Below, one piece after another: positions 10,011-18,697 of a stretch of DNA of 42,887 bases (position 1 is the first letter of the stretch; each line of letters starts with the position of its first letter). Origin of the DNA: Candidatus Krumholzibacteriia bacterium (lineage in GTDB: Bacteria; Krumholzibacteriota; Krumholzibacteriia; LZORAL124-64-63); assembly GCA_047639735.1 (NCBI GenBank), contig JBLIOK010000001.1:1-42887 (forward strand). Direction: 5' to 3'. The notes beneath the pieces were generated by a model. The model saw only the letters and a list, made by a program, of their open reading frames with translations. It was not told the origin of the DNA and did no database searches. The position numbers and the translations under genes were made by a program.

Positions 10011-11030
10011 TCAGTGCCCATACCCGTTTGGATTTTCTGATTGCCAGCGCCAATGGTCCGCGCACATCTCATCGATACCGCGAGTAGCGCGCCATTCCAG
10101 TTTGTCAGCCGCCGTGGTCGGATTGGCGTAGCACGTTGCGATATCGCCCTGCCGACGCGGAGAAACCTGGTAGGCCACCTTACAGCCAGAGGCTTTTTCA
10201 GCGGCTGCAACCATCTCCAAGACCGAATAACCTTGCCCAGTGCCCAAATTCACGGGTTCGCAGCCGCTAAATTCTGCCAATTTGTCGATGGCCGCCAGAT
10301 GCCCCAGAGCCAAATCCACCACATGAATATAATCGCGCACTCCCGTGCCATCAGGCGTGTCGTAGTCGTCACCAAAAACATTGAGATGTTCTCTTTGACC
10401 AACCGCCACTTGCATCACATAGGGCATCAGGTTGTTGGGGATACCTTGTGGGTCTTCACCAATGCGTCCACTCTCATGAGCGCCGATCGGATTGAAGTAC
10501 CGCAGAAGAACGGCTGTCCAGCGATCGTCCGATGCGCAAAGGTCTCGTAGAATCTCTTCAATAAAGAGTTTCGTTTTGCCGTAAGGGTTGGTTGCTGACA
10601 AAGGAAAGTCTTCCGTGATGGGCACTGTTGCTGGGTCACCATAGACCGTCGCTGAGGAGCTGAAAACCAGATTAAAACAACTGTGGGCCGCCATCACTTT
10701 CAAGAGTTCAAGTGTGCCGCTAATGTTGTTTTCATAATATCGGAGGGGAATTTCGCAGCTTTCGCCAACCGCTTTGAGGCCCGCAAAATGCACCACGGCA
10801 TCAAAACTGTATTGGTCAAAAACCGCGCCCAAGGCCTCGGCGTTGCATATATCCACTTCGTGAAAGGCGAGTTTGCGGCCAGACAGGGTCCGCACTCTGT
10901 GCAGGCTTTCTTCGACTGAATTGTCCAGATTGTCCACGACCACCACTTCATGCCCTGCCTTTAGCAGTTCAAGACAAGTGTGGCTGCCTATGTATCCAGC
11001 CCCGCCAGTGACCAGAATCGTGCCGGCCAT
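10011..11030 (-). CDS. galE: UDP-glucose 4-epimerase
   Basis: 339 aa. Rossmann motif GGAGYIGSH at the N-terminus, catalytic YxxxK in NPYGKTK, and GalE-like sequence along the full length. A GGAGGAAG SD lies upstream of the ATG. Confidence 0.9.
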   Translation of the reverse strand: MAGTILVTGGAGYIGSHTCLELLKAGHEVVVVDNLDNSVEESLHRVRTLSGRKLAFHEVDICNAEALGAVFDQYSFDAVVHFAGLKAVGESCEIPLRYYENNISGTLELLKVMAAHSCFNLVFSSSATVYGDPATVPITEDFPLSATNPYGKTKLFIEEILRDLCASDDRWTAVLLRYFNPIGAHESGRIGEDPQGIPNNLMPYVMQVAVGQREHLNVFGDDYDTPDGTGVRDYIHVVDLALGHLAAIDKLAEFSGCEPVNLGTGQGYSVLEMVAAAEKASGCKVAYQVSPRRQGDIATCYANPTTAADKLEWRATRGIDEMCADHWRWQSENPNGYGH

Positions 11031-11305
11031 TCTCTTCCTCCACGTGGAAAATTATCGGTAAGTATCGGTGCAAGAACAAAGGCGCTGCTAAGATTGTGCA
11101 CGGTCTGTCGATATACGTGTCAAATGATGTATCAGACATGTTGCAGGACTGATTGCTCAATTCCTTCCATGCACAAACTTAGCTGCGTTCTTCATCTTAT
11201 CGGAAGCAAATGGCCAGACTGGATCTTCAATTTGATCTCCCTGTCACAACCGTAAATATTATAGTAGTTGTTGGGCAACAATCCCACCCCAATCCTAGAT
11301 CGAGA

Positions 11306-11743
11306 TCACGAACCGCGAGCCCATTCTAACAGGATATTCTTCTGTTCTGCACTCAGGCGCGCCTCAGGGTGCCCTCGCACATAGCTCTTGAGCGGCATCC
11401 TATTCTCCATGAGTTGCTCTTCAATTTCTTGAAAAAACTGGTCCTGGCTGCCAAAATCATAGGCGGGCCACTCAGAAAAATTCAGATGGCCACGCCCTTT
11501 CTCCACATGGCTCGCTATCCACCAAGACATCGGAGCTACCTTGCTGTACCAGGGCCATCGGGTTTCGTTAGAATGGCAGTCGTAGCAAGAAGATGTCAAA
11601 ATTTCCGCCACCGCTCTGGGCGCTCGCAAAGCCGACGTGATCGGCGGATTAGAAAAGTCTACGGGCACGAGTTGTATAGCGAGCAAAAGCACCGCCACAA
11701 TGGCGGTGCCTATTTTCGTCATGCGTTGCCAATGTTTGCTCAT
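11306..11743 (-). CDS. Membrane-anchored heme-binding-domain protein (Haem_bd-like, one CxxCH)
   Basis: N-terminal TM helix (IGTAIVAVLLLAIQLV). CYDCH heme-c motif in ..CYDCHSNETRWPWYSKVAPMSWWIASHV.. The gene starts 5 nt after the stop of the upstream cytochrome gene. Confidence 0.7.
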   Translation of the reverse strand: MSKHWQRMTKIGTAIVAVLLLAIQLVPVDFSNPPITSALRAPRAVAEILTSSCYDCHSNETRWPWYSKVAPMSWWIASHVEKGRGHLNFSEWPAYDFGSQDQFFQEIEEQLMENRMPLKSYVRGHPEARLSAEQKNILLEWARGS

Positions 11744-11748
11744 GACTA

Positions 11749-12486
11749 TTATTCCAACTGGCTCAACATCCGTTTGGCCTGCCGGCTTTCCGGATCAATT
11801 TCCAGCGCTCTCTCAATATTTGCCCGCGCGGCTTCATCGTCGCCACCTGCCATGTCCAGTTGGGCCAACATCAAATACGTGTCGCCAAATTCCGGATGCA
11901 TTTCCAAATTCAAATTCAAGAATTGCCGCGCACCAGCCATGTCGGCGTGTTCTGCTATCAAGGATTCCGCCACTGTGGTCAACGACATCGGGCCAAAATC
12001 GTACGACCCTGAACCGTAATACTCTTCGCGCAATTCCCGATACCGCGTTTCGCCGGCTTCGGCGCCATCTTTGGTCGTCGTTTTTAACACCACTTCAGTC
12101 AGCAGGTAGGGCTCTGCCACACCCCGATGGCAAGTGATGCAGCTGACTTGAAAGTCGTGTTTACCGGTGGCAGCGGGCAACAGGTTGGCATTGATTTCAG
12201 CCACCATTTTCATCATCCCGCGCGCGGTCTCTTTCATCTCCAATTCGTCACTAGGCCAGTCGGTGCTCATGAAATTTCCGGGTTCTTTTTCCACGTGGCA
12301 AGCCGAACAACGCACACCCAAAGCTAACGATGCCGAACGCATCACTTTCACAAGGTCGCCCTTAATGATGTCTTTGGGCAAAACCTGGAGGTTCTCAAAT
12401 TTATTGGGGACTTGCGCAGAGGCGGAGTTCGGAAAGAAAACGCCGGTCACGAGGACCGCGCATAAGACAGCGATGAGACTTTTCAT
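11749..12486 (-). CDS. Exported dihaem c-type cytochrome (reaction-centre cytochrome-c-subunit-like) with C-terminal TPR region
   Basis: ATG 12486 (MKSLIAVLCAVLVTGVFFPNSASA signal peptide) is preceded by AAGGGG; the track start 12525 is an extension. Two CxxCH sites (CSACH, CITCH). The tail ..GDTYLMLAQLDMAGGDDEAARANIERALEIDP.. is TPR-like. Confidence 0.7.
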   Translation of the reverse strand: MKSLIAVLCAVLVTGVFFPNSASAQVPNKFENLQVLPKDIIKGDLVKVMRSASLALGVRCSACHVEKEPGNFMSTDWPSDELEMKETARGMMKMVAEINANLLPAATGKHDFQVSCITCHRGVAEPYLLTEVVLKTTTKDGAEAGETRYRELREEYYGSGSYDFGPMSLTTVAESLIAEHADMAGARQFLNLNLEMHPEFGDTYLMLAQLDMAGGDDEAARANIERALEIDPESRQAKRMLSQLE

Positions 12487-12569
12487 CAGAACCCCTTCAA
12501 ATTCAGATAGTGCGACCGTGACCATCGGAGAGTATCATAAACGCACACAAACTGAAAGAAGGGGCTCCC

Positions 12570-12956
12570 ATGACCTCAGAAATGAAAGAAGCGGCAATTC
12601 GCGTCCTGATGATGCCGCGCGATACGAATCAGCACGGCACTATCTTTGGCGGTGTGATCTTGAGTCACATTGATCAGGCAGGAGCCGTGGCTGCGATCCG
12701 ACGCGGTTGCCAAATGGTCGTCACCGTTGCGATGGACCAAGTGGTATTCGCAGAGCCGGTGCACGTGGGCGATTTGGTCAGTTTTTATGCCGATTTGATT
12801 AAAGTCGGGCGCACATCACTTGAAGTGGCGGTCCGCGTCGAGGCCGACCGCCGTTCCAGTGGTGAAAGAGTGGTTGTGACGACAGCCAACGTCACCTTTG
12901 TCAACGTCGACGCCAAGGGCAAACCGCGCGCGGTACCGAGCGAACCCGGTACCTAG
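12570..12956 (+). CDS. Acyl-CoA thioesterase (hotdog fold, YciA-like)
   Basis: 128 aa with ..MPRDTNQHGTIFGGVILSHIDQAG.., characteristic of YciA-type thioesterases. Confidence 0.8.
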   Translation: MTSEMKEAAIRVLMMPRDTNQHGTIFGGVILSHIDQAGAVAAIRRGCQMVVTVAMDQVVFAEPVHVGDLVSFYADLIKVGRTSLEVAVRVEADRRSSGERVVVTTANVTFVNVDAKGKPRAVPSEPGT

Positions 12957-12973
12957 CGAAACTGCCTAACCCT

Positions 12974-13582
12974 CTATTTGCTGTACTTCACCGAGCAACC
13001 GTATGGCCTCGTCGAAGCTTCGGCGATTTTTTCATCGCTCATTACGCTATGCAGCGCGGCCATGACATAATTCGTTTCGCCCATTTTCTTGGGAGATGAA
13101 TTGTCGTCAATGGCTCCGTTGTAAGCCACCTTGCCATCACTGGTGATGACAAACATGTGCGGAGTGGTTTTGGCGCCATAAGCCCGCCCCACCGTGCCTT
13201 CGGGATCCATCAAAATCGGGAAGCTCATTTTATAGTCTTTGTGGGCCTTTTGATTGCGTTCCAATCCAGCCCCTTCGCGACCCGGTGCGCTGGAATTGAT
13301 CGCCAACCAAATCACATCGTGCTCGGACACCTTCGCGAAAGATTCATCCATGGTGTGAGCTGTCGCGTGATGTTTTTTGATGAAGGGGCAATCGGGGTTG
13401 AACCATTCGATCACCACGGTTTTCCCGTCATCCAGATATTGCTGCAACGTGTGCTCATTGCCTTCCGTATCGGTCAACTCAAAAGCAGGCGCGTCCGTAC
13501 CAGGCGCTAATTCAGCCATTGCCAGGCCAGAGCTCATCAGAATTAAAATCGAGAGCAAAATTGCCAAACGTGTCTTCAACAT
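12974..13582 (-). CDS. Exported thioredoxin-fold (redoxin/AhpC-TSA-like) protein
   Basis: Signal peptide MLKTRLAILLSILILMSSGLAMA. Motifs WFNPDCPFIKKHH and C-terminal YGCSVKY. An SD (GGAGA) lies inside the end of the upstream gene, with a 4-nt intergenic gap. Confidence 0.75.
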   Translation of the reverse strand: MLKTRLAILLSILILMSSGLAMAELAPGTDAPAFELTDTEGNEHTLQQYLDDGKTVVIEWFNPDCPFIKKHHATAHTMDESFAKVSEHDVIWLAINSSAPGREGAGLERNQKAHKDYKMSFPILMDPEGTVGRAYGAKTTPHMFVITSDGKVAYNGAIDDNSSPKKMGETNYVMAALHSVMSDEKIAEASTRPYGCSVKYSK

Positions 13583-13586
13583 TGTT

Positions 13587-14396
13587 TCAGTCTCCAGAGG
13601 TTTCAGATTGCCATGAAATCGCGGGGATGTCCGCGTTGAAAGAGCGACGAGGCTCTCCGGGGTTATCCATCGTTATCAAACCACGCGCCGGGCCGATCAG
13701 GCCTTCTTTTGGGCGGAACTGCAGCTTCAAGCCAGCCCCCACGCCATCATCGATCAAGTTTTCGAGACGGCCGCAGTCGTTATCGGGCATGAATGTTAGA
13801 ACCGCATTTTCAGGTCCAGTGATGTGCAAGGTCGCCCCATGCCATTGGGCCTCTAAGATTTCTCCCGGCCACGGCAAAGGCAGATCGGACCGCGCCCGTT
13901 CATAGTCTGCCTGCGAACCGGCCAATTGCTTCACCACAACTTCAGTGTCACCCGGCACGCACATACCCTTGCAAGCGAGCCAAGACACTTCGGCCTGGAT
14001 TTCAAACCCATCGTTTGGTTCAAAGTCCACTGGTACGGCGATCTCTTGCAGCAGCACCAAGCCCTCGTAGTAAACGTGATCCAAAATATCACCTTCACCC
14101 AAATGCCGTTCAGGGGCAGGCCACTGCAATTCGCCAGCCTTCCAGCCACTAGGAAGCACCAATTCCACCGTCGGCGGATACCCTGAATCGTTGCGACCTG
14201 GCGAATACAAATGCCAACCATCAGCAACTTCAAAGTGCCACACCAAGACGACTTTATCAGTGAGATCAGTCGGGTAGACCGCCGTCACCGACGCGCGCAC
14301 TTGGCTTGAATCGTCAAGTTCAGAAGAACCGCCGCAACCAGCGACAACAACAGCACAGCATAAAACGGCGCTCAGAATTTTAGATAATGAATTCAT
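13587..14396 (-). CDS. Lipoprotein with DsbD N-terminal (alpha)-like thiol-disulfide domain
   Basis: Lipobox ..VVVAGC.. Motifs WHLYSPGRNDSGYPP..LPSGW..LQWPAPERH and EVSWLACKGMCVPG (CxxxC) match the DsbD_N / 'disulphide bond corrector' type. Confidence 0.7.
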   Translation of the reverse strand: MNSLSKILSAVLCCAVVVAGCGGSSELDDSSQVRASVTAVYPTDLTDKVVLVWHFEVADGWHLYSPGRNDSGYPPTVELVLPSGWKAGELQWPAPERHLGEGDILDHVYYEGLVLLQEIAVPVDFEPNDGFEIQAEVSWLACKGMCVPGDTEVVVKQLAGSQADYERARSDLPLPWPGEILEAQWHGATLHITGPENAVLTFMPDNDCGRLENLIDDGVGAGLKLQFRPKEGLIGPARGLITMDNPGEPRRSFNADIPAISWQSETSGD

Positions 14397-14434
14397 ATTT
14401 GATAGCTTAAGGCACCACGCTGCGCGGCGCCACC

Positions 14435-15256
14435 TCAGTCAAAGATATGGGCCGTGATTTTTTCAAAATCGATCAAGCTGGCTTCATGAGCAGGCTCTAT
14501 GGGGATAATCACGGGATCGCGGCCATCGGCAAACATAACTTTGCGCATACCGGCGGGCACAGGGTCCATGTGTTCGTCGTCTTTGCCAATACTTGCGGTT
14601 CCCTCGAGGACGCAAACACAAGTCACATCGTCATTTTTAAACACAGCGATGGTCGTGCCGATGATTTCGACCTGGCCTTCGGAGGTGGTCATTGTGATTT
14701 GGCGGCCGGCAAAGTCGGGCCCCGTTTTGATGCGGAATTCACCACGGTGCACGTTTACTGCGTAATTGTAGGGTTCGTCGTGGGGTTCTGTTGGTAAGGT
14801 GAAGTCGATGGGACCAACCACGCCCACAACAATCACGCCACCCATGAGGATGTCCACTTCGAGACCTTCGGGCACCACGATCCGCGCTTCCGGCGCGATC
14901 AGGGCGGCCACTGCGTCGTAATCGGCGGAATCCACTTCGACACCGTTCACCGCCAGCGCACCAGTGCCTCGCATGGCCGACAATTCCCAACTGGGTTCGT
15001 TTCCGCCCAAAAAGATGACCGCCAGCATAGCGGCAATCGCTGGCACGACCGCGAAACCCCAGCTGCGGCGCTTCCGGCGCGGCAACGCCACAATCTTTTC
15101 GGCTACGGGCTCGGTTTCCTCAATTTCACCGGAGACAAACTGCTGACGCAACTTCGCGCGGAAGGCATCATCTGCGCGCACCTCACCTAGGCCGCGGAGG
15201 GATTCTTGGATCCGCAGTTCTTCAGGTGTGAGGTTCATATCATCGCGCTCGCTCAT
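14435..15256 (-). CDS. Anti-sigma factor, single-pass, FecR-like periplasmic domain
   Basis: The start overlaps the sigma-gene stop (ATGA). One TM helix (FAVVPAIAAMLAVIFLG). The C-terminal beta-rich region ..GEFRIKTGPDFAGRQITMTTSEGQVEIIGTTIAVF.. is FecR-like. There is no HxxxCxxC zinc motif. Confidence 0.65.
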   Translation of the reverse strand: MSERDDMNLTPEELRIQESLRGLGEVRADDAFRAKLRQQFVSGEIEETEPVAEKIVALPRRKRRSWGFAVVPAIAAMLAVIFLGGNEPSWELSAMRGTGALAVNGVEVDSADYDAVAALIAPEARIVVPEGLEVDILMGGVIVVGVVGPIDFTLPTEPHDEPYNYAVNVHRGEFRIKTGPDFAGRQITMTTSEGQVEIIGTTIAVFKNDDVTCVCVLEGTASIGKDDEHMDPVPAGMRKVMFADGRDPVIIPIEPAHEASLIDFEKITAHIFD

Positions 15257-15885
15257 TCAACTACATCCGGTTTATGGGCTTGGAGTAAAACTCTCAGCTT
15301 ACCAAGAGCCCGTGAATATCTTTTCCTAATGGCTGCCGCGGCCTCGTCCAACATGGCAGCAACCTCTTCATGCGTCAGGCCTTCCAGATCATGCAAAACC
15401 ACGACTTCTCTCATCGGCTCGGGCAATTGAGCCAGAGCTTCGTTCAAAACATTCGAATTATCCTTGGCGATGGCCACCTCTTCGGGTGTCGCCCCCGCGT
15501 CTGGTACAGCCGCCACGTATTCCGGTTTGGCATCTAACGAAGCGGTTTGTTTGTCTTGTTGTCCCTGCTTCGAACGCCATTTTTCGCGGCACAAATTGGC
15601 CGTGATGGTCATCAGCCATGGTAGCGGATCTCGCGCCGGGTCCAACTGATGAGCCGCTTTGTGCACGCGCAGGAAAACTTCCTGCGTGATATCTTGGGCA
15701 GCCGCTTCGCCGGCCATCATGCGATAGGCCAAACTGTAGATCCGGCCAAAATAGGCGTCAAAGAGTTTGCCGAGGGCCTCTGGGTTCTGGGCTTGCACCT
15801 GAACCAGTTCTGCCTGCGTCAGAAGTGAGCTAGGCGAGGATTTTTTTTGCTCAACATCATCCGAATGCGGTGGATGTGGCGCCAT
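15253..15885 (-). CDS. ECF (sigma-70 family) RNA polymerase sigma factor
   Basis: Region 2 (..ITQEVFLRVHK..) and region 4 HTH (..REVVVLHDLEGLTHEEVAAMLDEAAAAIRKRYSRAL..) are present. ATG 15885 is preceded by GAGGAGG; the track start 15972 is an extension. Confidence 0.85.
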   Translation of the reverse strand: MAPHPPHSDDVEQKKSSPSSLLTQAELVQVQAQNPEALGKLFDAYFGRIYSLAYRMMAGEAAAQDITQEVFLRVHKAAHQLDPARDPLPWLMTITANLCREKWRSKQGQQDKQTASLDAKPEYVAAVPDAGATPEEVAIAKDNSNVLNEALAQLPEPMREVVVLHDLEGLTHEEVAAMLDEAAAAIRKRYSRALGKLRVLLQAHKPDVVE

Positions 15886-16008
15886 GCTCACCTCCTCACG
15901 TAGGTTAGTAGGAAACAACGGACAATTCTGTGACCTAATTAGTACTGATATTTCGTTAATACCATGCAACATCGGCGAAAAATGTGAGCTTGGCTAGCGA
16001 TAAATTAC

Positions 16009-16043
16009 CAAATAAAAACACCCGCCAGATTGAACATCTGGCG
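16009..16043 (-). terminator. Rho-independent terminator after the DinB-family gene
   Basis: The minus strand reads CGCCAGATgttcaATCTGGCG (arms 16036-16043 and 16023-16030), followed by GGTGTTTTTATTT. Confidence 0.7.
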
Positions 16044-16072
16044 AGCGTTAAAATGGAGTGTCAATTTCATGT

Positions 16073-16114
16073 CAAAGTACTGACTAAACGCCCCAAAGTA
16101 CTGATTAAACGCCC
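16073..16114. repeat. Two tandem 21-nt direct repeats spanning the DinB-gene stop codon
   Basis: CAAAGTACTGACTAAACGCCC (16073-16093) and CAAAGTACTGATTAAACGCCC (16094-16114) differ at one position. Confidence 0.9.
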
Positions 16115-16632
16115 CAGAGAGTCATGGTATCCACTTTGCGCCCCATCAATTTCAAATAGTAGAACAGCTGAGCCTTGTGGGTTCCCAAGTGCTGCGACAT
16201 CTGCAACAAATGGCGCCCCAGATTGGTTTGCTGCTGGGGTGACCACGGAGCCGCCGACATGGCGCAATCCAGGTTTTCCTCGCCTGCCTTTTCAATCATC
16301 TGGAAAGCTAGCTTTCGGTCGGATTTGAAGGCGGTTAAGGCGTCGGCAACGCTATCGACGGTGGGCAATTTATCAGCCGGTGGCAACATGACTTCGGATA
16401 CGCTTTCATCCTCGTCGCCGCCCTCCATCATCGACCAATCGCCCGTCACAAAACCCTCGCAACAAGCGCCGCAGGCGTGATTCAAATGATGCAGCAACTG
16501 CCCTGCCGTCATCCAGTTTTCGCCAGTAGCAGGCTTCCACGCCAAATCAGCATCATTCAACAAACCGAACATTTTCTCGGTTGCGTTGTAATTAGCAGTC
16601 ATCTCTTTAGTCAGTAATTCGGTCCAGTTCAT
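16105..16632 (-). CDS. DinB-family (DinB_2-like) four-helix-bundle protein
   Basis: His-rich motifs LLHHLNH and HLGTHKAQLFYYLKLMG. ATG 16632 is preceded by GAGGGAG. A rho-independent terminator follows the stop. Confidence 0.7.
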   Translation of the reverse strand: MNWTELLTKEMTANYNATEKMFGLLNDADLAWKPATGENWMTAGQLLHHLNHACGACCEGFVTGDWSMMEGGDEDESVSEVMLPPADKLPTVDSVADALTAFKSDRKLAFQMIEKAGEENLDCAMSAAPWSPQQQTNLGRHLLQMSQHLGTHKAQLFYYLKLMGRKVDTMTLWGV

Positions 16633-16720
16633 CGTAGGTACTCCCTCAAACAAGCTTCAAATTGGGCGGGGAGTACCTAAGATAAACGGTGCGGAAGCGA
16701 ACACAAGGCGAAAACTCTGG

Positions 16721-17344
16721 CTATTTCAATTTGTCCGCAAATTCTTTGCGAAACTTGATCATTTTGGGCGTGATCACCGCGGTGCAATAGCCTTGTGTCT
16801 GATTTTGTACGTAGTAGTCTTGATGACGGTCATCGGCAACGACAAATTCTTTAAACATAACGACTTCCGTAACTACCGGATTGTCGAATACTTTTTCTTT
16901 TTCGAGCAAGGCAATGGCTTCATCGGCCGCCTGTTTTTGGCTTTCGTCATGGTAGAAGATCGCGCTTCTGTACTGGGTACCCACATCGGCACCTTGACGA
17001 TTCAGAGTCGTCGGATCATGAGTGCCAAAAAATATGGTCAAAATGTCTCGGTAGGTGATCAGGTCAGCATTGTAAGTGATGCTGATCACTTCTGCGTGCC
17101 CCGTAGTGCCTGCGCAAACCTCTTTGTAGGTGGAGTGGGCAGCGCCGCCAGAAAATCCAGATTCGACGTTCTTTACGCCGTTCAGCTCTTCAAACATCGC
17201 TTCTAGGCACCAGAAACAACCGCCGGCAAGTGTCGCCACCTCTTTCTTGCCGTCCATTTTCTTGTCGTCAGCCACGGCTTCGGCTGAACCCCATACTGCG
17301 GCCATAGCAAGGGCCACGACGATGATCAACTTCAAGAACTTCAT
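16721..17344 (-). CDS. msrA: Peptide-methionine (S)-S-oxide reductase, exported form
   Basis: Active-site GGCFWCLEAMF, plus GHAEVISITY. Signal peptide MKFLKLIIVVALAMAAVWGSAEA from ATG 17344. Confidence 0.9.
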   Translation of the reverse strand: MKFLKLIIVVALAMAAVWGSAEAVADDKKMDGKKEVATLAGGCFWCLEAMFEELNGVKNVESGFSGGAAHSTYKEVCAGTTGHAEVISITYNADLITYRDILTIFFGTHDPTTLNRQGADVGTQYRSAIFYHDESQKQAADEAIALLEKEKVFDNPVVTEVVMFKEFVVADDRHQDYYVQNQTQGYCTAVITPKMIKFRKEFADKLK

Positions 17345-17524
17345 TTCTGCGCCTTTCGAAAAATCTGCTGCATCCAATTCGCATTGTTCACGTAAAAGAT
17401 ACGCAGGCTCAGGCGAATGTGTGACATTTGCCAGATAGTGTAGATCGACGCGGGCCCCATGGCCACCTCTTTACCGAACCACAAGCCGCCTGTAGATTGA
17501 AAAGACACAAGGAGTGAATGGAAT

Positions 17525-18682
17525 ATGCGTTGGCGATTGATCGTTCTGACTTTTGCAATGATGTTACCCGTCACGATTTTCGCCGGCGAGGGCCCGCAGG
17601 TGAGCGACCCGTTGCCCATCAGCATCCGTCACACTCGCGTAATGGCATCCGAGGTGATGGCCGAAGATCGACGCTTCAGCGTGCATCTGCCCCGCGGGTA
17701 CGAACAACAGCCAAGCCGAAGCTACCCCATGATGATTGTGCTCGATGGCGGCGCCTGGGCCGGCTTGATGGCAGAGACATTGCACTCGTATCGCATGCGC
17801 GGCGCGGCACCTCCGGTGATCGTTGTCGGCGTTGGAAATACAGACCGCACTCGCGACTTGACCACAACCCACGTTGACGACATGCCCACAAGCGGCGGTG
17901 CTGACAAATTCGCCAAGTTCTTAGGCGATGAGCTCATCCCCTATATTGATCAGGAATACCGGACCAACAGCTATCGCATCATATTTGGCCACAGCTTTGG
18001 CGGACTGTTCGGAGTGTATTCCGTAATCTGTCACCAAGAACTCGGCTTTGATGCCTGCATCGCTGCAAGCCCAGCACTCTACTATGACCGTGGTCCAACT
18101 CTGCGAAAGATCGAAAAGGTGTTGGCCGAAAACCCACCCCAAGGCCCCAAGTTTTTCTACCTCTCCATGGCCAACGAACTGTCTTACGCCGAAGCCATCG
18201 ACTTTCTCAAGGAGCAATTTGGTGACGAAGATTGGGTGCGGTGGCAAGAGAAGAAATACGCTGAAGAAACCCATGGCTCGGTTCCCAAGCGTGTGATTCC
18301 CGATGGCGTGGAAGCTTTGTTTGCAAACTGGTCGATGTCTCGCAGCACGATGAATGGTGGCTGGGAAAAAGTGGCCGATCACCACAAGATGTTAAGCAAG
18401 CAAATGGGCTACGAGGTTTTGGTTCCTGAAGCCATGGCCAACACCATTGGGTACCAAGAGATGAATCGTGGCGACACCTCTGATGCGATCAAAATATTCG
18501 AATGGAACGCGCAGACTTATCCGGCATCGGTCAATGTGTGGGACAGCTTGGGCGAGGCTTTGCTCGCCAAAGGCCGGCTTGCCGACGCCGCCGTTAACTA
18601 CGAGAAAGTATTGGCCTTGGCCCCTGGCGACGCCAACGCGCTCAAAATGCTAGATATCATCAGGAACCGACAAAGTGATTGA
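17525..18682 (+). CDS. Secreted alpha/beta-hydrolase ('putative esterase', IroE-like) with C-terminal TPR
   Basis: Signal peptide MRWRLIVLTFAMMLPVTIFA. Nucleophile elbow GHSFGG. TPR-like tail ..VWDSLGEALLAKGRLADAAVNYEKVLALAPGDANA. Confidence 0.7.
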   Translation: MRWRLIVLTFAMMLPVTIFAGEGPQVSDPLPISIRHTRVMASEVMAEDRRFSVHLPRGYEQQPSRSYPMMIVLDGGAWAGLMAETLHSYRMRGAAPPVIVVGVGNTDRTRDLTTTHVDDMPTSGGADKFAKFLGDELIPYIDQEYRTNSYRIIFGHSFGGLFGVYSVICHQELGFDACIAASPALYYDRGPTLRKIEKVLAENPPQGPKFFYLSMANELSYAEAIDFLKEQFGDEDWVRWQEKKYAEETHGSVPKRVIPDGVEALFANWSMSRSTMNGGWEKVADHHKMLSKQMGYEVLVPEAMANTIGYQEMNRGDTSDAIKIFEWNAQTYPASVNVWDSLGEALLAKGRLADAAVNYEKVLALAPGDANALKMLDIIRNRQSD

Positions 18683-18697
18683 CGAACGCACGATGAG

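Noticed and set aside
15841-15848. A8 homopolymer in the N-terminal coding region of the ECF sigma gene, as a possible phase-variation tract.
   Set aside because: Eight residues is short for slipped-strand switching, it encodes an ordinary ..EQKKSS.. segment, and there is no evidence of length variation.
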